DNA of 64,000 nucleotides, taken from positions 34,100,001 to 34,164,000 of the forward strand of contig OZ024751.1 in the NCBI GenBank assembly GCA_964016885.1. Direction: 5' to 3'. This stretch comes from Eledone cirrhosa (taxonomy: Eukaryota). Of this stretch, positions 1-15,043 are shown piece after piece. The notes under the pieces were generated by a model. That model searched no databases, was not told the DNA's origin, and saw only the letters and a list, made by a program, of their open reading frames with translations. The number at the start of each line of letters is the position of its first letter. The stretch's first letter is position 1. A program made the translations under genes and the position numbers.

Positions 1-932
1 TGCTTAAAACACAAAACATCTTTTCTGTTTTTGCAGTGATTAACCACAAATATTATATATGCATGGTTAGATATTTCTGTATGTAACCTCATTTCCGCGT
101 GTGTTGGTATATGTGCCTGTCTGTGTGTGTGTATGTGTTTTACTGTGTGTTGATTGATGTATCTGTAAATGTTGATGTGTCATTTAGTGTGTGTGTGTGT
201 GCGCGCGCGCTGATGTGTACGTCTGTACATGTGTGTGTATGAGTAAAAGCATGTTGTGTGTAGATGTATACCTAAGTGTGTACGTGTTTACTTGTGTGAG
301 TGTGTGTTTGTATTTGGTGATGATTCTTGTGTATATATGTGTTTAGGTGCATGTGTATTTCTGTACGACTGTGTGAATGTATTTATATGTGTGTTTCCGT
401 GTAGGGATTTGTGTATATGCATGTGTGTCGGTGTTTGTATAAGTATGTGTGTATAAATGTGTGAATAAGTGTCTGAGCGTCTGTGTGCGTAAGCGTATGT
501 AAGTATGTGTGTATGTATATGTGTATATATATGTTAGTGTGCGTGAATACGTGATTGAATATTCGTGTCGAACTAATCATAAATTTCTACATTAATGCCC
601 TCACAATAAATATATTTAAAATACTTGTTTTATCGTGTTGAGTGGAAATTTGGTGGAGCATTTATTGTTGTTGCTATTACTGTTACTGTTGTTAGTGGTT
701 GTTGTGGTGGTTGTTGTTGTTGTTGTTTGGTGGTGTTGATGTTTGTGGGGATGGTGGTGGTGTTGCTGTTGGTGGTGATGGTGGTGGTGGTGGTGTTGCT
801 GTTGGTGGTGGTGTTGTTATTGTGTCTGTCTTAACATCAACTAGTGTCAGTTTTAGTATCAACTGGCGCAGTACTATGTCGAACAGGAACTGATGCGAGG
901 AAGAGAGAGCCAGAATTGATCTAAGTGATAAG

Positions 933-1090
933 TTAGCAGAGCTGGTTAAACGGGTAAAACGCTTTGCAGTATTCGTTTTGGCCCTCTACCTTCTGTGGTC
1001 ACATCTCGTCGCTCTTAACTTTGCCTTTCATCCTTTCGAAATCTCGAAGTGGATACAAAATGGCACTAATCCAGTACTGGGATTATATAT
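933..1090 (+). mobile_element. tRNA-derived SINE family 1, diverged
   Basis: Contains the shared core TTAACTTTGCCTTTCATCCTT...CCAGTACTGG. Confidence 0.55.
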
Positions 1091-1884
1091 ACGTGCGGGG
1101 GATTAGATCTACGACCCTAGAATATAAACAGATGAAGTGTCTTAATACGAAGCCATTTAATGTGAGGCTCTATCGATTCTGCCAACACAGCGTATTGTTA
1201 TGATAAAATACAACATATAATAGCAAATAAGTTATCTCAGTAATCAGAATAATATTTCATTGGTAGCTATATATATATAATATATATTCCACAAGGTAAT
1301 TGTGTTAAATTTAGCGTGGTTGATATATTTAATTGTTAACTTCAATATCTGTTAAGTATCATTGCCGTCATTGTCTTTTGTTTTTAGTTTTGCCATTCTT
1401 TCTGGTCGTTCTGTTTAGCTATTAAGGGAGCGAAACGTCATAAATGAAGTACATTAAATCCAGATATATCATTTCTTCTCCAACATAGTAATGAAATATT
1501 GCTAAGATATATGTGATTGTTATCGTTAAAGATTGTTAATGTGATAACTTCTAGCCAGGAGAATAACAATAGTGATATTTGTATACTTTGGCATTAGGCC
1601 ATACAGTTCGACAGTAGAGCTGGTACTGGTGGTGGTGGTGTTAGTAGAGGTTGTAGTTGATTTAATGGGTTCTCCGTAATTAACTGTTACTTAACATTAT
1701 CGACCACCGACAAACGATGATTAGTAAAATTATACACGGGTTGGATTGAACTAAGAACGAATAATGGTTTATATAAATAGGAATATCTAGGAAATATGAG
1801 ATTAAGGACTTTATAAAGCCCTATACTTTGATAATTCATCTAAAATAATAAGAATGATTAATCCTTGTTTTAATTGATTGTGTC

Positions 1885-2060
1885 AGCTGAGTACATCTGA
1901 ATTGACAAGTGTGTGACAAAGATATCCATCTGGATTACAGGTACGACTACCTTTTACCTGCTGAGTGGACTGGAGTAACGACAAATGAAGTGTATTGCTC
2001 AAAGGCACAATGTGCCACTGGGAATCGAACTTCAGTTGTAAGGTTGAATCGTTAAACGGG
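1885..2060 (-). mobile_element. SINE family 2, diverged
   Basis: GAGTGGACTGGAG..AAGTGTATTGCTCAAAGGCACAA..GGGAATCGAACT on + is the reverse complement of the family 2 head. Confidence 0.6.
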
Positions 2061-2451
2061 AGGAAGAATGAGATTACGGTCCAAAGAAAAAAAAGAAGAA
2101 GGTTATTTATGGAGAGTACGTCCGACATATTTGATAAAAGTTCAATGTCTACTTCACATGAAAATTTATTATAGTCAATCAATGAGTGTATAGATGTGTA
2201 TAATATGAGTATGTGTATATGAGTATGTGTATATGAATATGTGTATCTGTGTGTGTGAGAGAGAGCGTATGTGCGTGTTTCCGTGTGGTTATAATGCACA
2301 TCATTTCATGTATATTAACAATTGAAACGGGTCGCCTACCACCACTTTTCATAATTTTCACCTTCACTACATGCCTACCTCCACACACACATATACATAT
2401 ATATATATGTGTGTGTGTGTGTGTACACTTTGTGTGTATGTGTGTGTAGTC

Positions 2452-2506
<55 letters not shown>

Positions 2507-2706
2507 CATATTTACTTCTATATTTATATATAGAGAAGAGGGGGAAAGAAAGAAAGATTGCTCAAAGCAATGATCTTCCATTAGATAACCTGCTTGGAAT
2601 AAGCAATCAATGATCGATTTCCAACATTGTTATAATGACACAAATTTTTGTGGGGAGTATGAAGTCAATAAAATTTAAATCGCCCTCTCCCTCATTCCGC
2701 TACTAG

Positions 2707-2738
<32 letters not shown>

Positions 2739-2752
2739 TGTATGTATGTATG

Positions 2753-2785
<33 letters not shown>

Positions 2786-3341
2786 GTGTATGCTTGTGTG
2801 TATGTCTGTGTGTACGTCTGTGTGTATGTCTGTGTGTATATCTGTGTGTATGTCTGTGTGTGCGCGTGTCTACATATGTGTGTATGGATGTACATATATT
2901 CATATACGTTCTCTCTCATATATATAAGGAGAGAGAGATAGAAAGATAGATATATAGGTTATGGAGGAGTTCAATCACGTTCAGCGGTCAATAATAAAGT
3001 TTGATTCGGAATTGAAGTAGTTCTTCGGGCTGATTCCTCCTTGTCTAGCATAAGAACAAGAAATGGTTGCTACCATATATCATGTAGGATGGGGGACATG
3101 AAGATATAGCAAGCAACATGGGGGATGTGAAAACATAGTAAACAAAATGGAGGGTGTGTTACCATGGTAAACAACCCCAGAAATCTCGTGGAGTGTCTCA
3201 TCCATTGACCAACTGTGACGAGGTTGAGTGAAGGAACCTTTACAAGGTCAATGACCAGAGGGTCACTAAATTCCTCATTATAAACCCAAGTTCTAGAAAT
3301 CTATAGACGCAGCAACCAGAGATGTTAACTTCGCAAAAGAT

Positions 3342-3520
3342 TTACGATGGTGAGCTGAAATGTTCATAGGCTGACTATAAAGGAATAATGCTAGAGCTGA
3401 GAAATCTTGCATACATTAATTTCAACTCTTTTTCTTAATAACTGCATTGTTTCTTTCCAGATAAACTGACATCTGACTTTAAAAAAACGTCAAATGTAAC
3501 ACGTAGCATCGTGGTGTTAT
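3342..3520 (+). mobile_element. Possible mariner-like terminal fragment
   Basis: TACGATGGTGAGCTGAAATGTTCATAGGCTGAC resembles TA|CGAGGG..CTGAAAAGTTC mariner TIRs. No partner TIR seen. Confidence 0.35.
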
Positions 3521-3584
3521 CAGGTACCTGCAGAAAAGGGTTTAGCCCCCAATGCAAGCCCCCTTTAGCAAGCTCAATCAGATA

Positions 3585-3622
<38 letters not shown>

Positions 3623-3627
<5 letters not shown>

Positions 3628-3819
3628 AAAAAGTTCAAGATCCCGACGGCAGAGCTCATGCCGTTTCGACGGCTATTTCTGGACCAGAAATAGCCGTCGA
3701 AACGGCTTGAGCTCTGCCGTCGGGGTCTTGAACTTTTTCCTATCACCCACTCTACTACCCTAAGTATTGAGTACTCTGGTGCGTTATGGTCCATCTGGTT
3801 CCTTACCACACTTCCTTCG

Positions 3820-3821
<2 letters not shown>
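3623..3821 (+). mobile_element. Fold-back palindromic element, family B copy 1 (Penelope-like end) in (TA)n
   Basis: 60-bp inverted arms 3623-3682 / 3684-3743 with a 1-nt centre, ~78-bp unpaired tail, TA runs on both sides. Homologous to 34993-35189 and 63908-63968. Confidence 0.8.
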
Positions 3822-4385
<564 letters not shown>

Positions 4386-4933
4386 ATATCGTGTATCTAC
4401 TTCTGTTTTTGTGTTGTTTTTGATTTTCCTTTCTTTTCTACGTTAATAATAGACAAAGTGGTTGGCAATTCTAACGACGCCACATTTCTTTTGATAAACC
4501 GAAATATTTACTTTAAAGATAAATTCTCTTTCCTATTTGATGCTCTATTAATTTAAATGCACTAGATACGATAGGATACTATACGACAAGTCAATATTTA
4601 CTTTAGATCTACACTGTTTCAATTACAACAACAAATAGAAGCCTCATTGATAACCTCTTCTAATCTCTCTAGCCACTCTACACATCATCGAAATGCACAG
4701 ATTTGTTTACTTATTTATTCATTTATTTATTTTTCTATTTATTTATTCTTATAGATCTTTCCTAATTGTTTCTAGCCATTTTATCTTATTTATCTTTTTT
4801 TACTATCTTCTTGTTTCGTTTTGTTTTCGCGTTTATATATTTATTTATATATTTCATGCGATAGATCCTATCTAATTGTTCTACGCCATTTTATCTCACT
4901 TATCTGTTTTATTATCTCCCTTGTTTTCGTTAC

Positions 4934-5016
<83 letters not shown>

Positions 5017-5310
5017 CATTGTTTTCTGTTTGTGTAGCTAAATTTATTCCTATATATTTAATTTCGTTTTTTTGTAAATCGATTAATACAATTTAGTTAA
5101 CGATAACTTCTACTTAGTATATAGAGGAAAGACCGTGATGTGATTGTCTCAGTGGATGTGGTATCAGAAACAAACAAACAAACAACTCTTTTAAAGAATG
5201 AAGTCTCGTCTGCTGAGCATCACCGCTTGTGTTGTGTCTGTTGACCATGACATTTCACCAATTCTCAAAGACCGACTTCACCTAGCTTATGATGTATATA
5301 TAGATATATA

Positions 5311-5410
<100 letters not shown>

Positions 5411-5771
5411 CTCCCATACCTGCTATACACTGAAAGCCTTACAATTAGATAGGTAAGTAGTGAGAACTATTCTACCTTAATCCTTTAGCAAAGATTCAGC
5501 AGAGATTATCTAAAACCAGCTTTGTTAATTCAAATGTTTACATTATCTTTAATAGCGGACATATCCTTGTGATTATGGGCAGTATCAGGTAAGGCACTTT
5601 CAGTTTTAACGTGCCACAGTCATCGTGTGGTTTGCTGATGAAGTTTCATGTGGTACAGAGATAAAAGATTCTGTTAATATATTCACAATGTACTAGCGAG
5701 GAACATATCAACAGTCTCCTGTAACTTCTACCATTCAACGAGATCTAAGGTTCCATGTACAACATTAATAA

Positions 5772-5958
5772 ATAATTGTTTCTACTTTTGGCACAAGGCC
5801 AGCAATTACCCAGTGTATTACTGGTACTTTATTTTATCGACCCTGTAAGGATGAAAGGCAAAGTTAACCTAGGCGGGATTTGAACTCAGATTGGAAAGGG
5901 ACGTAACTCTATGCGTCAAAGCATGGCGTCCGACCCTTTACCGATACTGCCAATTCAC
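5772..5958 (-). mobile_element. tRNA-derived SINE family 1
   Basis: Minus strand: A-box-like TGGCAGTATCGGTA, B-box GAGTTCAAATCC, core GGTTAACTTTGCCTTTCATCCTTAC..GGTCGATAAAATAAAGTACCAG, tail GCTGGCCTTGTGCCAAAAGTAGAAAC. Confidence 0.85.
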
Positions 5959-6451
5959 ATAAATAATATTTGTTTTAAAGGAAAATTGCTCATCTGAAAG
6001 ATGGCAAGATTTTTTTTAAATATTCTAGATTGATTACTTTAATTCTGTCTGTCTGACTGTCTGACTCAGCGTCTGTCTAGCTGCATGTCTGTCTGGCTGT
6101 CTGCCTCAGCGTCTGTCTAGCTGCATGTCTGTCTGGCTGTCTGTCTGCCTCAATGCCTGTATGCCATTGTAGATTGTATAGCCTGTGTATGTATATATGT
6201 ATGTATGTCGACCTGAGTGTGTGTGGTTGCTCGTATTCTATTATAACAAGTTAATGTCTCTGACGGCGCCATAGCAGCAAAAGCACGTGGTGGTGTATTT
6301 TTATTACGAAACTGTGGCGTCATTCAGTTGGTTCGTCCAAATTAAGTGGGCCTTAACAGCTGACCGAACATTATCGATTGTTCATACTGTCTAGAACAGA
6401 ACACAGTGTTTTAATGTTCGATTCTTTCAAATCATATCCTTCTCTCTCTCT

Positions 6452-6539
<88 letters not shown>

Positions 6540-7115
6540 GTGTATTATACACATATGTAGATAGACATATATATATATATACACACACATACACACACAT
6601 ATACAAATACACACACACACATATACATACATATATTTATATGTATATATACCCCTTTCTGATTATCTCCTTGTTACCCTCACCTCCTCCTCCTTCTCCT
6701 CTCTCCCCTCATACTGTCTGCCTCTCTCACACCTTTCCAAACTATTAGCTTTCCTTTATTGTTCATGTTTTCTTCTAATTCAATCCTTTTCTCCTCTTTT
6801 TCACTCCTGCTACAATCTTATCCTCTTTCTTTCAGAAACGTTCACACGCACACATACACACACACACACACATATATATATATATGCATGAATACGTACA
6901 CAAACGCGAACACACATACATACATACACGTTTTTCTCCATTCAGCGTTTTAGTTTCCATTCAGGGTTTGTAATTTCCATCGATTAAAGGGAGAAAAACT
7001 ATCCATTTCATCGCTGCTGCTGATATCTCTCAGGGAAAGAATTCTTCAACTCACCAACATCTAAAGATCAACACACACATACCCCACCATATATACACAC
7101 ACACATATATATATT

Positions 7116-7434
<319 letters not shown>

Positions 7435-7830
7435 GCAGAAGCGCAAGTTGTAGTGATTTATAGCCCAGATTTAGGTTGGGATTTGCATGAAAATATCGGG
7501 AGAAGGCCTGGCAGCCATCTTATACAAAACTATGGATTACTTCAACTCCAGTACCGTATGTTGGCGGCAAATATTCACCAATGAATTGTTAGTCACACAA
7601 GTATTACCATATACACACACATACATACAACTATATATATATATATACCTTCTCTAGAGCCAAATATCGAGTTTAAGATCCACAATCCTAATGGATCAGG
7701 TATTGTACAACACCCACACTGGCCCACACATGCAAACTCTCATCTCATGTCGATACATGTGTGTGTCTTTCATAATATATTGGGAAAGCCGGTACAATGC
7801 AAACGCGCGCACACTCACATATGTATAGAA

Positions 7831-7862
<32 letters not shown>

Positions 7863-8439
7863 GGGTACTTAAGGGAGTGTGGGGAGGTATTGTATTCCCC
7901 CTCTCTGACTTTTATGTTAGCTATCGTTGTATGTGAATCTATGGATTATTCAGGTAGATTTCCTCTATATTTTATATTGAATTGCTTCAGATCAAGATAT
8001 ATGGTTTTGTTTTTTTTTTGTATATGCTCCCATCTTTGAGTACTTGAAATGCCCTGAACTGGTAAATTTCGGACATACTTCAGAAGCTTTGGTGAATCGC
8101 CTTAGAGATAATACACACCCATTATCCATGTGTGTCCGTATGTATGTGTATGTACACATGCAAGGGGTCATGCTGGATGTCGATATATAGAGAGTGTATA
8201 ATTAGTCTTGCGTTTATCCTCTCAATATTACATCTCTTTACGTTACTTTATTATTTTATAATATTATTATTATTATTACTACTACTATTATGATTTATTA
8301 TTATATATTTAGTATTATTTCATATTTAATTATTGTTTCCAAAATCCTTATATTTTTATTATCAACCTAAATTTTCAAATGGATTGATACTTGCAATGAA
8401 TAAACTTAAACAACGTTATGTTTGGCTGTCTGGTGCCAG

Positions 8440-8690
8440 AAAACACAAACACATACAGCAATCTATCTGACGACCTTCAAAAGATAAGAATGTGGTTGGA
8501 TACAAATTTGATGGCTGCTAGAGCAGCATGAAAGCGGAAACCTCAGTCCTAGGATACTGACAAAGAACAAAGAGCTTGTCAGTATCTTCCTTAATCAACT
8601 TCAAAACCAAGAGCAAGTAAACCTAGCGATAATGAGTAGTCAAAAACATCCATTCTCTTAACCCCGCCATTGGAACAACAAACACAGGTC
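8440..8690 (+). mobile_element. Old CR1/L2-like RT relic
   Basis: NLSDDLQKIRMWLDTNLM and, after a frameshift, KAETSVLG resemble the L..DL..I..W...N.L..N..KT motif downstream of YADD. Confidence 0.4.
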
Positions 8691-9800
8691 TATCTTCATA
8701 TCAATATATTACAGAACCTTACGGATTACCTAATGGGCCATCAGAAAAGGCCGTGTCAAGAATTGAGTCATAGTATTATGTCGTAAACATTTCACCACCT
8801 ACCTTGTTCCGGCAGATTGTTTGTTTGCGGCTTATTTGAGTTCCAGTGAGGAGAGGAAAGTGTTACGTAGCCTTGACAACGGCCACACAGTCAGAAACAG
8901 TTGTCGGTTGCTTCTCTCCCCGCCTTGCCTCTGCTGGAACCACCACCACCGCGTGTCTATACGTGTGTATATAAGTATAAAATGGGTTTCTACATACATT
9001 ATCATTACTTTCTTATTATTGGTTTATATGTTGACTGGGTTAGCTGCGGTACATGACTTGTATTTAGTTATTTAGGGGATTCTTAGCCAGGGGATGAAAG
9101 GCAAAGTCTATCTCCTCCAATCCAGATTTGAACTCATGTCCTCGGTAGGGAATGGAATTATACTAGTGTAGCCTATAGAAGCTATTTAAACGAATATATG
9201 CACTGCTGTTGTAGTTATATTAATCCACAATTTCCTAGTCTGCTTATATGTGTGTGTGTGATAATGCATGTGCGTGCCTGTCTGGGTATGTGTGTCTGCA
9301 TGAGAGAGAGAGAGAGAGAACAAAAAATAATATCGAAAAGTTCACATGAAAAGTTTGCTTTAAAATGGAGAATATTTTGCGAGAGGCGCCGGTTAGAATA
9401 TGTATTCGTCCTATTTAGTCAACCATTTTACAACAACTAAACAAAACACATTGTCCTTCCAATAATAATAATAAATTAATAAATATATAAAGAAATATAT
9501 AATAAATGATAAAAACAAACGTATTAAATATCAAATTTCGAATATGAGTTGTTAAAGAAAACATTGTAAACGAAAAAGATATAAAGTTTAATAATAAAAC
9601 AACAATAATAAAAATAATATCCAACAAAAACAACACAATTCTTGTTGTTACATTTTTTTTTGCATTTTTATAGACTTTTATTATTTATGAGATAGTCGTG
9701 ATATTTTTCTGTAAACCGGGATGTAATAAAATCGGAGACTGACCGCCAGGAGTCAAACCATTAGTTTTAGAAAATTTAATAACTCCAAGCTGATTCAATT

Positions 9801-9849
<49 letters not shown>

Positions 9850-10121
9850 CTATATAACTATCTAACTCCTTCTCTCTCTCTCTATCCCTCTACATATCTA
9901 TTATCTCTCTCTATATATGTATATACCTATCTAGCTCTAGCTCTCTTTCTCTCTCTCTCTCACTGTGTGTGAATTAGCTCCAACCAATCTCAGCAATTCA
10001 CTAGCTTTTAATGCTTCCAGCGTTTAAGGAAACCACGTGTTGGGATGTTGGGATGCCTTGTAAATTGAAATAATCTAACAAAAATTTCTTCAAAATATAC
10101 ACACATACAGACACATACACA

Positions 10122-10270
10122 TACACACACTAGTGCATATACACATATGAATACATACAAACACTAGTGCATATACACATATGAATACATACACACACTA
10201 GTGCATATACACATGAATACATACACACACTAATGCATATACACATATGAATACATACACACACACACAC

Positions 10271-10345
<75 letters not shown>
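10122..10345. repeat. ~34-bp minisatellite x4 followed by a (CA)-to-(TG) switch
   Basis: Unit CACACTAGTGCATATACACATATGAATACATACA. Confidence 0.9.
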
Positions 10346-11656
10346 GTGTGTGTATGTGTGTGTATGTACACACACACACATGTCCATATACGAATGTGTG
10401 TGTGTGAAGTGTATACTAAGGTATAAATTCATGATAAACAATATACGTCTATAGAAACTAATGTGGTGAGAAATGTTTTGTTTTCTATTCACAGATAAAC
10501 AATGTATTTGTTTATATCTAACTAGATTATATAGTTTACATCGTTTCCTGTATTAAACATACGTTGTTTAGTGGGTCATCAATTAGTTTATACATAAATA
10601 TATATATATATGTGTGTGTGTATACACATATATTATATATATATATATATGTGTGTGTGTCATGACAGCAGAAAGACTGGAATGAGAAGACACAAGACAT
10701 GTGAAGATCAACAGCTAAATCAGTGACAAGGGGGAGGACTCTAACACAGTTAAACACATCAAATATCTATTCGGTATCATTCTCTCTCAAGAGTATTTCA
10801 AACCACAGCAGGAGACGAGAACAGTTTAGAACCATACAACAAGTAAATATTTGCAATGTAGTTTTGTATTGAGTACAATTTCCTCCTTGTCTATAAATGT
10901 ACATACACGAGTCTGTTTATATATGTATATCTGTGTATAGACATATATCTGTATATGTGTGGATGGATAGATGTGTGGATGGATAGATGTGTGAGTTGAC
11001 GTATAAACATGATCGGCACGTGGTGAGGTATAAAATTTCGGATCGATAGCAAAATGTGTCTAATATGTTAAATTCTAAAGTTCATGATGGAATAATATCT
11101 GGGCAAAGTCTTGCTTCCTTTCCTTTATTAACGAGTTTTTGTGAGCAGCAGCAATGGCGCTGCTGTTTAATATCGTATGGAGATTTGGACGAACGAAAAA
11201 AAAACATTTTTTTTTCTAACGTTATGAAAAACAGGATGTTTTCTGATAAAACTTCCATACACTTTAATTTTATACACATGCATATGTTATGTAAACATAT
11301 ATACATATACATGTGTGTGTATAGAAATATAAATAAATATGTGTGTGTGAATGAATGTTATAGGTTATTTCACATTTACATGTTTGTTTTGACCGGCCTC
11401 CAGCTTAGTGGCAAAATTGTGAGTGTGTATATATATATATATACATGCATGGTTATATATATACATGAATGGTTATATATATATATATATATGCATGGTT
11501 ATATATATATATATATATGTGTGTGTGTTTGTATATAAGTATTTATGTTCCTATGTGGCTGGATGATACACGTGCTTTTTCTCCAAATATCTTTTTTCCG
11601 TTCCTTCCTCTTCTCACTCTCTATCTTTCTGTTTCATCTTTTATTTCTTATTCCAT

Positions 11657-11689
11657 CTTCTGATGAAGGACTAGTGTCCAAAACTTAAG
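11657..11689 (+). ncRNA. Degenerate minimal hammerhead / Penelope pLTR motif
   Basis: CTT-CTGATGA-aGGACtagtGTCC-aAAAC-tt-AAG. GAAA has become AAAA, consistent with CpG decay. Confidence 0.4.
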
Positions 11690-11776
11690 GCACTTTTTCT
11701 CCAAACATCAGCTGTTAAACTGATATACTTCTTCGTTGTAATGTGTTGTATGATTTTTGCTTCCGTTTACTTCACA

Positions 11777-11807
<31 letters not shown>

Positions 11808-12218
11808 GCGCGCGCGTATGTATATGTATGTATGTATGTGTGACAGTAAGTATGTGTGTGTAGGAGTAGTTTATGTTAGACATTTCACGTAACACCTGAA
11901 CTAACAGCTCGTCAAATTGAGATCGATTAAATAAGTATGAGAATGAAATACTGTGGGTGGGTATGATTCAACAATGGAATCCTTGAGTACCTTGCCCCAG
12001 CATGGCCACAAATCATTGACTGAAGCCAATAAGTTAATAAAACAATATCTATAGACATTGCTATAAAACTGTTAGAGCTGGCATGTCTTAGTTGAGTGAG
12101 GTCAACTGTGGACACTTCCATCAGAAGTTATGTCTGTGGTAGAAGAGAAACTAATGGAGACGAAGGAGAACAGCTCATAATAATATATATACCATGTGTG
12201 TGTGTGTGTGTGTGTGTG

Positions 12219-12372
12219 TGTGATACTGAGAGTGGGGGGGGTGATACTGAGAGTGGGGGTGATAGTGAGAGTGTGGGGGTGATACTGAGAGTGTGGGGGT
12301 GTGTGTGATACTGAGAGTACGGGGGGGGTGATACTGAGAGTGTGGGGGTGAATCTGAGAGTGTGGGAGTGAT
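12219..12372. repeat. ~20-bp G-rich minisatellite
   Basis: Unit GTGATACTGAGAGTGTGGGG. Confidence 0.9.
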
Positions 12373-12552
12373 AGAAACCAAAAGTAGAAAGATTACGATT
12401 AACAGACAGACAGGCAGAGTGAAGAGAGCAAGGGACAGACAGACAGACAAGAGAACAAGAGACATACAGACAGACAGGCAGAGTGAAGAGAACAAGGGAC
12501 ATAAAATGAGGAGCAACTGTCTTTTAGAGGATTTTCCTTAAAGACATCAAAA

Positions 12553-12855
12553 TACTGGCGGTCATGATGTTGGTGGTGGCGGTGGTGGTGATGTTGGTGG
12601 TGGTGGTGGTACTGGCAGTGGTGGCGGTGGTGGTGGTGGTGGTACTGGCGGTCATGATGTTGGTGGTGGCGGTGGTGGTACTGGTGGTCATTATGTTGGT
12701 GGTGGTGGTTGTACTAACGGTGGTGATGGTGGTGGTGATGGTACTGGTGGTGGTGGTACTGGTGGTGGTGGTACTGGCGATGGTGGTACTGGCGGTGGTG
12801 GTACTGGAGGTGGTGATGTTGGTGGTGGTACTGCTGCTGGGGGGGGGGGGGGGGG
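12553..12855. repeat. (GGT)-rich array ending in poly-G
   Basis: Direct reading. Confidence 0.9.
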
Positions 12856-13460
12856 TTGTATGATGTTAGTCGTATGGGTTGTGGATAAGGCAATGGTAAA
12901 TGGAGAGAAATCACCTGCTGGTTTGTACATAGTTTGTTTGTGGTTTGGTTTGATTGTGGTTTGGTGTAGTTTGGTGTAAGTTTGGTTTATGGTTTAGTCG
13001 TGGTGGAGAAGGAACAGGGAGTAATGGTTGTTTCTTAAAATAACATGAACTCTTAGAAAAGAGATCAACGTCTGTACAAATGTTTCTAGTTCATATGTAT
13101 TTCTATATATCCATATATATGTGCTTATATATATATATGTGTGTGTGTGTGTGTGGATGTGTGGGGGATTGTATGAGCGTACCTGTGTATCTATATGTGT
13201 GTGCGTGTGTGTGTTGATATAGATAGATATACACATATGTACATACATGCATATATACATACATGCATATATATATATATGCATACATACATACACATGT
13301 ATACATAAATACAGACGTCTATACATATTCATATGAGTAGGTATATCTGGACGACAATAAAATACACATTGCATATATAAAGAGTAAAATATGAATATAA
13401 ACTCAAAACATACGTCTGTGGTTGTTTTTTATCTTTTCGCCTATATGTATGGATATACGT

Positions 13461-13597
<137 letters not shown>

Positions 13598-14049
13598 TAT
13601 CTGTCTGTCTGTGTGTCTGTGTGTCTGTGTGTCTCTCTGTGTATGTCTGTAAGTAAACGTAAGTATTCATTCTATATGCAAACATTGTCCAATACGTTGA
13701 CTATAACTATTCAAACAAGATGGGATTTGTTTGTTGAAATGGCAGGCGATAATTTTAAGCGACGCAGAAGAAAAACAAGAAAACTGTAAAAATGTCAGAC
13801 AAATAAAGGAACTGGAAACAAAAAGAAATTTCAAATGTTTTTACATTGAAAAAATATATAAGGAAATATATACATAAATGTTGCCATATCTACATATTTA
13901 ACACATATTATACACATACATTAACATTTATATATATATATATATATATATAGTGGTGGAACACTAGAAGGTAATATCCGTAGTGGTAGAGCACTCAGTT
14001 CATGGGACGAGTTAGGTAGAAGTGGTTACACAACAGTTAATTCACCATA

Positions 14050-14089
14050 CCGAGAACAATTGTTTCACCTTAGCGGATCCTCAGCTCGG
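14050..14089 (-). ncRNA. Minimal type-I hammerhead ribozyme motif (mirror copy)
   Basis: Exact reverse complement of 14700-14739. Confidence 0.7.
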
Positions 14090-14699
14090 AATGGGCATGG
14101 TTATAGGAACAGGAAGGACAACCGTACGAACGCGCATGCGCAGAAACCCGGTCACTTCACACAGGCAATACTAGAATGCGTGTGAGAGGTGTAAGGGAGA
14201 TAACTGCGAAAGTCCGAAAAGTTTTTAGTTGAAAAATAAAATTACAAAGAATCAGTCCGGAGCCTTGTAGTTATGCAATAGGTGTTTGGCGACGTGTGGA
14301 CAACGTGTGAAAAATCATTTCTCGTGTTTAGGCAATCACTATAGCGTAATCTCTTTAGAATAGTTATTCGTTCGTCAATACATTAACCACACGCCGGATG
14401 GGTTATGTATTGACGAACGAATAACTATTCTAAAGAGATTACGCAATAGTGATTGCCTAAACACGAGAAATGAATTTTTCACACGTTGTCCACACGTCGC
14501 CAAACACCTATTGCATAACTACAAGGCTCCGGACTGATTCTTTGTAATTTTATTTTTCAACTAAAAACTTTTCGAACTTTCGCAGTTATCTCCCTTACAC
14601 CTCTCGCTCGCATTCTAGTATTGCCTGTGTGAAGTGACCGGGTTTCTGCGCATGCGCGTTCGTACGGTTGCGCTTCCTGTTCCTATAACCATGTCCATT

Positions 14700-14739
14700 C
14701 CGAGCTGAGGATCCGCTAAGGTGAAACAATTGTTCTCGG
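14700..14739 (+). ncRNA. Minimal type-I hammerhead ribozyme motif
   Basis: CCGAG-CTGAGGA-tCCgctaaGGt-GAAAC-aatt-GT-T-CTCGG: perfect 5-bp stem I, canonical core, weak stem II, palindromic loop III, GUU triplet. Confidence 0.7.
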
Positions 14740-14766
14740 TATGCTGAACTAACTGTTGTGTAACCA

Positions 14767-14843
<77 letters not shown>

Positions 14844-14971
14844 GAGGTGGTGCGTGTTGTGTGTGGGTGTCTGTGTGATTGAGTGTATGTCGGTTCGCGT
14901 GCATATATGTGTGTGTACGTATGCATAAAAGTAAATATATTCCTGACACTATATCTATCTATCTATGTCTG

Positions 14972-15043
<72 letters not shown>

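Larger units (their letters stand above)
13953..14769. mobile_element. ~750-bp fold-back palindromic element with a hammerhead motif in each arm, in (TA)n
   Basis: Arms ~14020-14388 / ~14401-14769 with about 10 differences by eye; 67-bp unpaired tail at 13953-14019; TA runs on both sides. Confidence 0.85.
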
